58,881 nucleotides of DNA from assembly GCA_944332485.1 (NCBI GenBank), contig CALVKB010000003.1:1-58881 (forward strand). Reading direction: 5' to 3'. Below, in pieces: positions 18,918 through 27,897 of this stretch. The notes below the pieces were generated by a model. The model made no database searches. It was given only the letters and a program-made list of their open reading frames with translations, and had not been told where the DNA came from. The translations under genes were made by a program, and so were the position numbers. Position 1 is the first letter of the stretch. The number at the start of each line of letters is the position of its first letter. Source of the DNA: an uncultured Bacilli bacterium. GTDB taxonomy: Bacteria; Bacillota_I; Bacilli_A; RFN20; CAG-288.

Positions 18918-20105
18918 TTAATCATTGGCACTGGTCAATGTGATACGAGGATCGCATAAAGCGGTCAAAATATCACCTGAGACAGTCGCAACAATGGAAA
19001 TAACTGATGAGAAAACAACAACAGCTTGAACAATAGCAAAATTGTTTCCGTACAAAGCGTTGTAAAGTAATAAACCTATACCATTTATGTTGTAAATCTT
19101 CTCAATGAAGAATGAACCAACCAAGCAGTACAAAATACCAGAAGGGATGGATCTAATCAATGGAATTATTGCGTTTCTCAAAACATGTTTGAACATAATT
19201 GTATTCTCTGGGACACCTTTAGCACGAGCAAATTTGACATAATCGGAGCCAAATTCATCAACCATGTAACGTCTAACCCACAAACCTGTGGACCAGAAAC
19301 TACCGATACCCATGATCAATCCAGGAGCTATCAATGTTGCTTTGTTAATTGATGAATACAACATTGGAAATCCCATCAAAGTGAAGACTTCCTTCAATAA
19401 ATAATAGAAAACAACAGTTGGGATAGCAAAAACTACGATGATTGCAGCGTTACCAAGTCTATCAAAGGCTTTATCTTTGTATTTTGCCATCAAAACACCG
19501 AATGGATAACCGATAAGTTCACTGACGACCAAACCGATAACGCCGACGATAACTGATGGTGGTAAAGCACCGACGATAAGTTCGTTGACCAATGGTGTCA
19601 TGGTTTGTTGTGTTGAATACAAACCGTTTCCAAAGTTGACTAAACCCCAATAAGCCTTAGATGTATTACAAACACCAGTTTGATAAGAACAAATGTACTT
19701 AGGAAAAGGTAAAATATCGATGAGATATTTGATCAATTGTGAAAAATTACTTCCGACATATCCCATATTTTCAAGCAATCTTTGACAAAGCATCTCTTGA
19801 TCAGCAATTGGATATTTGATAAATAATCCATCACAGAATCTCTGTGGTTCAACACGCATTCTCAAAAGTAAGAATGTTGCAATGATAGCCAGCAAAATTG
19901 AGATTATAGCCGAGCCTATACGCTTTAAAGAATAATAAAGCAAAGGGTGTGAAAAGAATCTTTTGAAACCGTTGTTCGAATATCTAAGAATCACTTTCTT
20001 CTTAATTAAGATCGTAGTTAAGACGAAAGCGACAATTAAAGCGACAACAACAGTGTAAATTGAAATCACAAGCCACTTTTGCACTTCTATCGGTAATGAC
20101 TTCAT
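18918..20105 (-). CDS. oppB: oligopeptide ABC transporter permease OppB
   Basis: Multi-TM permease with an extended first extracytoplasmic loop. AGGAGG SD precedes the start, and the operon position fits. Confidence 0.85.
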   Translation of the reverse strand: MKSLPIEVQKWLVISIYTVVVALIVAFVLTTILIKKKVILRYSNNGFKRFFSHPLLYYSLKRIGSAIISILLAIIATFLLLRMRVEPQRFCDGLFIKYPIADQEMLCQRLLENMGYVGSNFSQLIKYLIDILPFPKYICSYQTGVCNTSKAYWGLVNFGNGLYSTQQTMTPLVNELIVGALPPSVIVGVIGLVVSELIGYPFGVLMAKYKDKAFDRLGNAAIIVVFAIPTVVFYYLLKEVFTLMGFPMLYSSINKATLIAPGLIMGIGSFWSTGLWVRRYMVDEFGSDYVKFARAKGVPENTIMFKHVLRNAIIPLIRSIPSGILYCLVGSFFIEKIYNINGIGLLLYNALYGNNFAIVQAVVVFSSVISIVATVSGDILTALCDPRITLTSAND

Positions 20106-20152
20106 TTCAAACTACCTCCTAAACGTCTGTTTCTATAATTTCGCATAATTAA

Positions 20153-20178
20153 ATTAGGGTTAGAAACCTAACCCTAAT
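20153..20178 (-). terminator. intercistronic stem-loop between oppA and oppB (partial terminator or mRNA stabiliser)
   Basis: Perfect 11-bp stem ATTAGGGTTAG / CTAACCCTAAT with a 4-nt loop, in the 145-nt oppA-oppB gap. Only a weak T-rich tract follows on the minus strand. Confidence 0.5.
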
Positions 20179-20250
20179 ATTTTATCAATAATGTTATTTA
20201 TATTCTATAAATATATAAATATATTTAATAATATAAGTTCAAATTTTTAA

Positions 20251-23076
20251 TTAAGCGTTTCTGACTTCCTTAAGTTGAGCGAGAACTTGTTGTAACAATT
20301 CACCACTTAAAGCTTCATCGAAAACTTCGATACCTTTGTACTTGTAGGAAGAAAGACCCCATGATAATGAGGTGACACCTTTCGGGAGTGTCTTTCTAAC
20401 TGAAACGTTCAAACCTTGACCGGCCATGTAAACTGGTCTAATCAAAGAGTTGTCATACAACATTTGAATTTCAGCTTTAGCATAACCTTGAGCACGTTTG
20501 ACATTTGAAGTTTCTTCATCAGCAGCGGCTACTAAATCATCATATTCATAAGTGACGTATTGAGAAACACGAGTGGTCTCTTCTTTAGTTTGTGCACCAG
20601 TACCAATAGCACCTTGCATATCACCGTTGATCTTCAATGTGTCAGCATATGTCTTAGGATCTGAGTAGTCTGGACCCCAACCGGAGATAACCATGCTGTA
20701 ATTGTAGCTGGATGCGACTGAGGAGTAAGCGATGTTGTCAGGAATATTACCCTTAGTTGAGTGAAGTAAAACGACTTTAGCATCAGAGTAGTTGATTGAT
20801 TTACTATTATCGTTAAGGACGCTGGAACCGATACCGACAGCTCTATTTTGCTCTGGGATATCATCGCTCTCTTTGATGTATTTACCACCATTCAAGTTAG
20901 CGTTGGTTTGGTTGATAACAGCGGCAGCTTCTCTATTCATCTCATCATTGTACTCAAGTGTTGGGTACTCGATAAGGATAGGAGTTTGAACCTTGTAATC
21001 CAAACCGGTAGCAGCTTTGTAGTTGGCTTCAGCTTCAGCGATACCTTCTGTGACCAATTGAGAGATGTAATCTGTATCTCTTGATGCAGAAGCATACCAT
21101 GTTTCACTGGTGCCTTCAACTGATTTGTTGGAGATAACAGCACCTGTACCGAAACCGGAATCAGTTGTGTCAGAACCAACTGCAGTTGCATATGTTGTAC
21201 CTTCAGCAGCTTTCTTGAAGCCGGTGAATTTACCTGTTTCTGTTGAATATTCTGGAATCAAAGTAAGACCACCGAAACTTGATTGTTCAAGAGCTTCTTC
21301 AGCAGCTGTGAATAATAAGTTACCATAAGCTTTCTCGTCTTCAGAACCTTTCAATAATTCTGCAACAGTCTTAGTTGTAGCTGTTTCACGTTCATCACCT
21401 AATAAGATTGTATTGGCATATTCTTCCTCTAAGAAGTCCATGTAGTCATTACCACCGTTAGCGGCTTTTCCATCATCAACGATAACGAAATCGTGTGGTG
21501 TCCAAGTGTTAACTGCAGATTTACGATCTTCATAGGAATCATTTGACAATGTTCTATATTTAAAGTATGTTGGGTAGTCAAGAGCTGTCAAAATAGCTTT
21601 ACGTAATTTTGGTGAATATGATAAAGCGATATTTGTATTAAGAATAGCTGTTGGCAAACCTGTTGAAGAATCGATTGTTGTGTTGTTTGCATTGTTGTTA
21701 ATGCTAACTTTATTTGTTGAAGCTGTATCAAACATACTACCTTTCCAGGTTGTACGATTGGTATTAAGCATATAAGCGAATGTTGTACCATCACCTAAAC
21801 TTTCATTTGAGAAAGCAAGTTCGTTTGCTGGATCAGAAGCTGTACCTGTGCCATCTTCACCCGTGACGTATTTCTTCCAACCGGCTTCGTCAGCTTTTTG
21901 AACTGTGAAACCATCGATTTCACCATTTTCAAATAATTTTCTAGCGGTTGTTGAATCTGCATCATTAGGTGATTTCTTGATAACGACACGAGCGTTCTTA
22001 ACAGAATCTTTACCAACATAGCTCATGCTCTTGTTGAGAATAAGTTCATTACTGGTGTTACCATCGAAACTATTATCAACAACATAAGCACCACAGCTTA
22101 AGATGTCTCTTGCGGTTGTACCATAAGAAACTGGATCAGCGTTGTAGTATTCTGTTGGAACTGGTAAGAATGGTGTGTAGGTTGTAACAGATAAGAAGTA
22201 TTCTTGTTTACCTGTCAAAGTATAAGTAACTTTGTTACCCTCAGCTTTAACACCAACTCTTGAGAAGTTACCGATACTATCAAGTTCACTTTCTTCAACT
22301 CCTAAGTTTGCAGCAAGCCATGTTCTGTAAGCAGCTTTGTCTTGAGCTTCAGTTGGGAATGGAACGATATAGTCTTTACAAGCACCTGTTGGAGAACCAA
22401 CACCACCAATGTTACTAGCACAAACACCTACATCAGTACCGGCAGCTTGAGCAGTTTCGACTTTGGTTTTATCGATAGTACCATAACCGTGCTCTGAGAA
22501 ATAAACTAATTGAGTGTAACCCAAATACTCATTAGCACCATCGATGAACATAGCTGTCATGTAGTTAGATTCAGATAAGGAACCGTAGTTAAGGTTAATC
22601 TTCATTGCAGTAACGAAGTCTTCAGCTTTAACTGCTTCAACAACTTCTTTACCCCAACCGGAGTTTTTAACCCAGTTAGCGCCTTCTCTAATTGTGAATG
22701 TAACTTGATACTTGCCATCGACTTCTTTAATTCCACCATTAGAAGTACTTGGAACTTCTGTTGCTAATTCTGGAACAAGTTTGTTGTATTCATCAACTGC
22801 AAGCAAACCATCGACTAAGTTAGCAAGAATTTTACCGTTCTCAGCTTGGAATGTTGTAGCTGTATTCCAGGAATTAGGGAAGTAAGTCTCAACTGTTGTA
22901 TAAGTTGATTTTCTAGCTTTTTCAGCTAAAGAATTATAAGCTTTCTCTTGTGAATGTGTACTAACCCAAGAAACGCCTTCAGCCCAATCCTCAGGAATTC
23001 CTGAACCACAGGAAGTGAGTGTAAGAATTGATAATGAGAATAAAGCGGCTGTCTTTGTTAATTTTGTTTTCTTCAT
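20251..23076 (-). CDS. oppA: oligopeptide-binding lipoprotein OppA (family-5 SBP, oversized)
   Basis: Lipoprotein signal with lipobox LTS-C (SILTLTSCGS). A GWGPDYSDP motif typical of family-5 solute-binding proteins is present. GGGAGG SD precedes the start, and it is the first gene of the opp operon. Confidence 0.85.
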   Translation of the reverse strand: MKKTKLTKTAALFSLSILTLTSCGSGIPEDWAEGVSWVSTHSQEKAYNSLAEKARKSTYTTVETYFPNSWNTATTFQAENGKILANLVDGLLAVDEYNKLVPELATEVPSTSNGGIKEVDGKYQVTFTIREGANWVKNSGWGKEVVEAVKAEDFVTAMKINLNYGSLSESNYMTAMFIDGANEYLGYTQLVYFSEHGYGTIDKTKVETAQAAGTDVGVCASNIGGVGSPTGACKDYIVPFPTEAQDKAAYRTWLAANLGVEESELDSIGNFSRVGVKAEGNKVTYTLTGKQEYFLSVTTYTPFLPVPTEYYNADPVSYGTTARDILSCGAYVVDNSFDGNTSNELILNKSMSYVGKDSVKNARVVIKKSPNDADSTTARKLFENGEIDGFTVQKADEAGWKKYVTGEDGTGTASDPANELAFSNESLGDGTTFAYMLNTNRTTWKGSMFDTASTNKVSINNNANNTTIDSSTGLPTAILNTNIALSYSPKLRKAILTALDYPTYFKYRTLSNDSYEDRKSAVNTWTPHDFVIVDDGKAANGGNDYMDFLEEEYANTILLGDERETATTKTVAELLKGSEDEKAYGNLLFTAAEEALEQSSFGGLTLIPEYSTETGKFTGFKKAAEGTTYATAVGSDTTDSGFGTGAVISNKSVEGTSETWYASASRDTDYISQLVTEGIAEAEANYKAATGLDYKVQTPILIEYPTLEYNDEMNREAAAVINQTNANLNGGKYIKESDDIPEQNRAVGIGSSVLNDNSKSINYSDAKVVLLHSTKGNIPDNIAYSSVASSYNYSMVISGWGPDYSDPKTYADTLKINGDMQGAIGTGAQTKEETTRVSQYVTYEYDDLVAAADEETSNVKRAQGYAKAEIQMLYDNSLIRPVYMAGQGLNVSVRKTLPKGVTSLSWGLSSYKYKGIEVFDEALSGELLQQVLAQLKEVRNA

Positions 23077-23204
23077 ACGAATAGACCTCCCGAAATATTA
23101 ACAAGAAAAATTATATATTTTTGGTCGTTTCTCTAAAACAACGATTTTTTACATTTTTTTAAAGTTGTAAAAAAGATGTCAAAAAATTCGGTTTTTTTGT
23201 TATA

Positions 23205-23245
23205 TATAAAAAAAGAAATCGGTTTCACAACTGCAAACCGATCAC
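23205..23245 (-). terminator. rho-independent terminator after the thioesterase operon
   Basis: Stem ATCGGTTT / AAACCGAT (23218-23225 / 23235-23242) with a 9-nt loop. On the minus strand it is followed by TTTCTTTTTTT. Confidence 0.7.
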
Positions 23246-23300
23246 TGTAACAACAATAAAAAATACAATAATAATAAAAAAGATTAAAGAATATCAGCTA

Positions 23301-23756
23301 TTATTTAATAAATATAGATATCAATTCAAAAATAAGTCCGATTATTATTACAATTAAACCCGATGTAACAAGTGGAAATCTAATAGCGTTATTTTTGTTT
23401 TGCTGCTTAATATTGAGTTTTATATCGTAATTGCCAGTTTGTTTTCTGATTTTATTGGTATAGTGATTTGGAACAACCCAAGCGATAAAAAATAAAACAA
23501 CAGCAAAAAAATATAAAGAATATGTGGCAACACTGTAAAAACTTGCGTTGAATGTGTAATATCCAGCCAAAGTGAAAGACAAACAATAAATAAAAGCACT
23601 TAAACTTATGATCAAAGTTATGAGCAAAGGAGTCAATGTAAAATAGTTGTAGATTTTTTTATTTTCTGGTTCGACTTTAGGTTCATCTTTTTTTATTTGA
23701 TCTTCTGTTGTGTCTTGCTTTATCAACAATGGTCTTTCTTCCTTGCTTTTCTTCAT
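23301..23756 (-). CDS. small integral membrane protein, unknown function
   Basis: 151 aa with a charged N-terminus followed by three hydrophobic helices. It has a 4-nt overlap with the upstream thioesterase gene. Confidence 0.6.
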   Translation of the reverse strand: MKKSKEERPLLIKQDTTEDQIKKDEPKVEPENKKIYNYFTLTPLLITLIISLSAFIYCLSFTLAGYYTFNASFYSVATYSLYFFAVVLFFIAWVVPNHYTNKIRKQTGNYDIKLNIKQQNKNNAIRFPLVTSGLIVIIIGLIFELISIFIK

Positions 23757-24511
23757 TTATTACTCCTGTTTTTTAAACTCACTTTTGATGTGAATGAAAT
23801 AACATCATCGTTTTTATAACCAACAATATAATAAAAATTATCATCTCTTTTTTCCATAAAGAGAGTCAAAATATCATCTTTCATACATTCTTTTTCAAAA
23901 TTAATCTGTATTTGTTCAATGAAATTTGATTCATCCAAAGGCAAAACAGAACAAACTAAAGATGAGTAATAAGTGTTATTCATATGTCTATTGTGATCCA
24001 AAAATGGAAAGATAACTTTCTGAGTTAAACTGCACTCTGTTTTTTGAACATCTTTGGGCAAGCTTCTTAATGTTGGTAGTTTATTAATATCATTTGAATA
24101 ATCGAAATTTTCATCACTTAATGTACCACCTATAGTGGAGATTCTCACTAATTTTCTCGTTATAATGTTTGTCACAACCCAAATAGAGGTACCTACACAG
24201 ACAGTTTCATCATTCTCTTTATCGATAATTTTATAGTCTCTTTGAAAGTTCAAAAGTTCAGGTTTCACAGGGAAAGTTTCGATAATATAAGTATGATAAG
24301 CCTTCAATGGACTTAATAACTTATAAGAATTTCTAACTAAAATCCAAATCAAATCTTTCTTTTTAAAATCCTCATAACCGCATTTTAAAATATCAGCATG
24401 TTCCCCAGCAACATCCTGAAAAGCTTGAAAGATCGCTTTAGGGAAAACATTATCATATAAATCGATGTCGGAATAAGAAAATTCAATCTTTTTTCTATAA
24501 ATATTACTCAT
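23753..24511 (-). CDS. acyl-ACP thioesterase family protein
   Basis: 252 aa, with length and double-hotdog-like pattern typical of the family. The N-terminal half has DIDLYDNVFPKAIFQAFQDVAGEHA and the second half has LDHNRHMNNTYY. Confidence 0.65.
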   Translation of the reverse strand: MSNIYRKKIEFSYSDIDLYDNVFPKAIFQAFQDVAGEHADILKCGYEDFKKKDLIWILVRNSYKLLSPLKAYHTYIIETFPVKPELLNFQRDYKIIDKENDETVCVGTSIWVVTNIITRKLVRISTIGGTLSDENFDYSNDINKLPTLRSLPKDVQKTECSLTQKVIFPFLDHNRHMNNTYYSSLVCSVLPLDESNFIEQIQINFEKECMKDDILTLFMEKRDDNFYYIVGYKNDDVISFTSKVSLKNRSNK

Positions 24512-25245
24512 CAGAATCTACCTTCTTTCATAAGTGTCATCAATTCACCATATGAACTCACTTCTACATATTTATCTTTATCAACAGCCAAACCATCATA
24601 ATTATTTTCATCTTTTTTCCAATTTAACCAAACTGATTTATAAAAATTTGAATTGGAAGAACCATATACATCAGCTAAAAAACTATCACCGATATAAATG
24701 CACTCCTCATTTTTCAAATTAAGTGATCTCGCTCCAAGATCGAAGATCATGGTATTTGGTTTTTTCACTCCAATATCGCTGCTCACCAATAATTTGTTGA
24801 AAATGAATTTACCATCATAGCATTTCTTTATATTATCCATTGTCATTTTATAAGAATGGATGGTATTTGATAAAACTGCGTATGAAATATCATTTTTCTT
24901 TAAAAAATCAATGAATTTGTCACAGTCAGGAATCTTTTTAGTAATGTGCTTCATCCCAAGGTTATAACAAGCTTCTTCCAATGAGATATTCGGTTTCATT
25001 TTCAAATTCAAATATATCATCACATAGTAAAAAATAGCCTCGATACGAATTTCAAAATCATACTGTTTGAAGTATTTATCACAGAATTTTCTATAAACAT
25101 CAACAACTTCTTGTTTAGAAACAACTTTTTTAGTATCTTCTGAAATGTATTCATCATAAAAATCTTTAATCAAGAAATTTTTCTCTTTTTCACCATATTC
25201 GATAACAGTATCCCAACAATCGAATAAACAACCTTTAAAATTCAT
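24511..25245 (-). CDS. HAD-superfamily hydrolase (subfamily IA-like)
   Basis: Motif I is LFDCWDTV (nucleophile Asp9, Thr13). Motif II is AVLSNT, motif III Lys is in KKPNTMIF, and motif IV is IGDSFLADV. It has a 1-nt overlap with the thioesterase start. Confidence 0.65.
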   Translation of the reverse strand: MNFKGCLFDCWDTVIEYGEKEKNFLIKDFYDEYISEDTKKVVSKQEVVDVYRKFCDKYFKQYDFEIRIEAIFYYVMIYLNLKMKPNISLEEACYNLGMKHITKKIPDCDKFIDFLKKNDISYAVLSNTIHSYKMTMDNIKKCYDGKFIFNKLLVSSDIGVKKPNTMIFDLGARSLNLKNEECIYIGDSFLADVYGSSNSNFYKSVWLNWKKDENNYDGLAVDKDKYVEVSSYGELMTLMKEGRF

Positions 25246-25284
25246 ACGTATCTCCTGGAAAATTGACTTTATAATTATAATAAA

Positions 25285-25318
25285 AACAAAAAAACTTTGA
25301 TGGTGATTACCATCAAAG
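25285..25318 (-). terminator. rho-independent terminator after the pgpA-family gene
   Basis: 10-bp stem CTTTGATGGT / ACCATCAAAG (25295-25304 / 25309-25318) with loop GATT. A T-rich run follows on the minus strand (plus-strand A run 25285-25294). Confidence 0.75.
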
Positions 25319-25344
25319 TGTCGTTTATGTAATTTGTTTATTTT

Positions 25345-25917
25345 TTACTTAGCTTCAGTAGCTTTAGCTTTTTCATTGACAATATCATTAATTGCGTGAT
25401 GTTGTGCAACTCTTATAGCACTAACAGCAGCTAAAGCACCAACAATATCATCTAAGAAACAGTGACAATGTTTTTTATCTCTTTGAAGAATGTTGATTTT
25501 ACCTGGTTTTGAAACATCCAAGTAACCGTAGTTTGTAACACCAATTTGACCGTAGTTTCCAGCGATACCAACTGCAATACATTCATCAAGACCGAACAAT
25601 CCTAAATCGTGAATCAAGATTGATTGAAGTGGTTCCATCAACAAACCTTGTTCGGCTGCCATATCAACATTGATAGCTAATAAAATCGCGTGGAATTGAT
25701 CTCTTTTTGAGAGAACATTTAAAACAGATTCTGTCATCTCCTCAAGAGTTAAACCATCGATATATTTACTTTGTGCACCGTATGCTAATTGTGCGATATC
25801 ATTAACAGTAACTCCACGCTCAGCCAACATAGCGATGTTGATTCTTTGCATTTCCTCTGGAGAATAGATATCACCTGGATTTGGTTTAAAGTCTTTCAAA
25901 CATTTCAATTCTTTCAT
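25345..25917 (-). CDS. phosphatidylglycerophosphatase A family protein (YutG-like)
   Basis: Close resemblance to my recollection of B. subtilis YutG. Shared segments include ERGVTVNDIAQL, LGLFGLDECIA, YGQIGVTNYGYLD and CHCFLDDIVGALAA. Confidence 0.7.
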   Translation of the reverse strand: MKELKCLKDFKPNPGDIYSPEEMQRINIAMLAERGVTVNDIAQLAYGAQSKYIDGLTLEEMTESVLNVLSKRDQFHAILLAINVDMAAEQGLLMEPLQSILIHDLGLFGLDECIAVGIAGNYGQIGVTNYGYLDVSKPGKINILQRDKKHCHCFLDDIVGALAAVSAIRVAQHHAINDIVNEKAKATEAK

Positions 25918-26017
25918 ATTTTTACCTCATTATGCAGATTAAACTGCTTTCATAATTATATATTATTTAAAAAATAAATACTATTCAGTGTGTTTTTTGA
26001 TATTAACAACTTATTCT

Positions 26018-26641
26018 TTATATATGTTTTAACAATACTAATCCCATTATTTTTTTACACTCACAAGTTTTTAAAAGTTCTAAACAAGCTTTGAGAGTTG
26101 AACCTGTTGTCATAACATCATCAACAAGAAGGATTCTTTTATTTTTCAATTCTTTTTTATCAATATTCAATTTTATATATTTGTTTATATTCAACCTTTC
26201 AACTTTGTTCAAATGTTTCTGTTCAATATCTTGTGTTTTGATAAAACAATCTATTTTTTTGTTATTTAAAAGTTTGAACATCTCATGCAGATGATCAAAC
26301 CCTCTTTTATTAAATGATGATTTTGAACTTGGAGCAAAACAGATAGTGTAGTTATAAAACTTAATTTTCAAATATAGCAAGTATTTTATGATGAACATAT
26401 TGGTAAGTTCTATATCGTATTTGTTTTTTATAAGATCGATGACTGTTTTTGATTCATAATCATTTTCATAATCATATAAGCTTTCACATTTACAATCACA
26501 CAATTTGAAGTATCTAATTTTATTTTCAAGTTTATTCAAACAATCCAAACAAAATTCTGACTTGTCATAAAATAATTCTTCAATCAAACTTGGAATGTAA
26601 TTTTTAAAACAACGTTTACAAATTTTTGTTTTTATTAACAT
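26018..26641 (-). CDS. comFC: ComF operon protein C (phosphoribosyltransferase-domain competence protein)
   Basis: N-terminal Cys pairs (CKRC...CLDC) and the C-terminal PRTase motif ILLVDDVMTTGSTL. It overlaps and follows comFA. Confidence 0.75.
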   Translation of the reverse strand: MLIKTKICKRCFKNYIPSLIEELFYDKSEFCLDCLNKLENKIRYFKLCDCKCESLYDYENDYESKTVIDLIKNKYDIELTNMFIIKYLLYLKIKFYNYTICFAPSSKSSFNKRGFDHLHEMFKLLNNKKIDCFIKTQDIEQKHLNKVERLNINKYIKLNIDKKELKNKRILLVDDVMTTGSTLKACLELLKTCECKKIMGLVLLKHI

Positions 26642-27770
26642 AATTTATCCTGTCAATACAATTTGTTATTGCTTCAGTTTTCACATTTCCAAAAAATGTG
26701 ACTTCTCCATCATATGAGTCAATTTTTCTACCAACTCTACCAGATATCTGTATCAAACTGTCTTTATCATATAATTTTGAATCAGCATCAAATACCATAA
26801 CCTGCAAATTTTTAACAGTCACCCCTCGTTCTAAAATTGAAGTTGTCACTAAATACTTATATTTACCTTTTTTGAAGTCTTCAATAATGACATCTCTCAT
26901 ACAAGCTTTTGAATTTACTACATTTCCATCTTTTACAAACAATTTTAAATATGAAAATACTCTTTCACATAAATAGATGGTACTGCAAAATACAAAACAT
27001 GGTTTATTCTCTTTATTGTAACGTTTTAAAATTAGAATAATTTTCATTAAACGGGTATGAAAACTACCATATTTAAAAATTGGTACGATCAAATCATGTT
27101 TATGATATCGCTCATTTAACTCAAATACTACGCCATTATCTTTTCTAATATTATCTATATCTTTTTTATTACAAGTAGCTGAAAGCATAACATAATTTCC
27201 TTTTACTGAATTATAAAAGAAGTTATTTAAAACAAAATCACCAGCGTAAGGGAACGCATCTATTTCATCCAAAACTAACAAATCAAAATAGTTCTTAAAA
27301 TGACATAACTGATGTGTTGTTAAAACGATTATATCTCCTAACATCTCTTTGGTATGATTTTGATAAATACCGACGATTTTCAATTTATTAAATGCTTGTT
27401 CAAACCTTGGTAACAAATCAATAACTACATCTTTTCTTGGAGTAGCAAAACCAACTTTCAAACCTCTTTTTAAAAAATATTCAAAACTTTCATATATAAG
27501 TTCAGTTTTACCAGCTCCAGTCACTGCTGAAATCAAAACATTCTTCTTCTCAATCAAAGCATTTAAAACCTTATTCGATATATTTTTCTGTTTTTCAGAA
27601 AGTGGATAATTCAAACTAAGTTCAACTGCATCTTTATTAATTTGATAACTTTTATCTACTTGTTCATGTGAAAACTCAATGCATCTTCGGCAGTAATACT
27701 TCCCATTTTTGATGCCAAAATATCGTTTATCTTTATTATTGCAATACTCACAAACAAAATTTTCATCCAT
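26616..27770 (-). CDS. comFA: ComF operon protein A (DEAD/DEAH-box helicase-like DNA-uptake ATPase)
   Basis: N-terminal zinc-finger-like CEYC...CRRC, Walker A TGAGKTE, DEID box, and the helicase C-terminal motif QISGRVGR. Confidence 0.8.
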   Translation of the reverse strand: MDENFVCEYCNNKDKRYFGIKNGKYYCRRCIEFSHEQVDKSYQINKDAVELSLNYPLSEKQKNISNKVLNALIEKKNVLISAVTGAGKTELIYESFEYFLKRGLKVGFATPRKDVVIDLLPRFEQAFNKLKIVGIYQNHTKEMLGDIIVLTTHQLCHFKNYFDLLVLDEIDAFPYAGDFVLNNFFYNSVKGNYVMLSATCNKKDIDNIRKDNGVVFELNERYHKHDLIVPIFKYGSFHTRLMKIILILKRYNKENKPCFVFCSTIYLCERVFSYLKLFVKDGNVVNSKACMRDVIIEDFKKGKYKYLVTTSILERGVTVKNLQVMVFDADSKLYDKDSLIQISGRVGRKIDSYDGEVTFFGNVKTEAITNCIDRINYVNKNKNL

Positions 27771-27803
27771 ACAATATATAAGAAAAAGAAAATGAACAAT
27801 TAA

Positions 27804-27879
27804 AAAAACCTGAGTGAATGAGAGGTACCCCTTTCCTAATGTCTAGGATTTGAGGTACCTCTCAAAATCTCAGGTTTTT
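27804..27879. terminator. 76-nt three-tier perfect hairpin between ftsH and comFA
   Basis: Outer arms AAAAACCTGAG / CTCAGGTTTTT; middle arms TGAGAGGTACC / GGTACCTCTCA; apical TCCTA / TAGGA. A-run and T-run flanks are present. Confidence 0.6.
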
Positions 27880-27897
27880 GAATAAATAATAATCTTA

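Noticed and set aside
20251-23076. An ecto-ATPase P-loop in OppA, as reported for M. hominis OppA.
   Set aside because: Scanning the translation found no [AG]xxxxGK[ST] motif, so no such claim can be made here.
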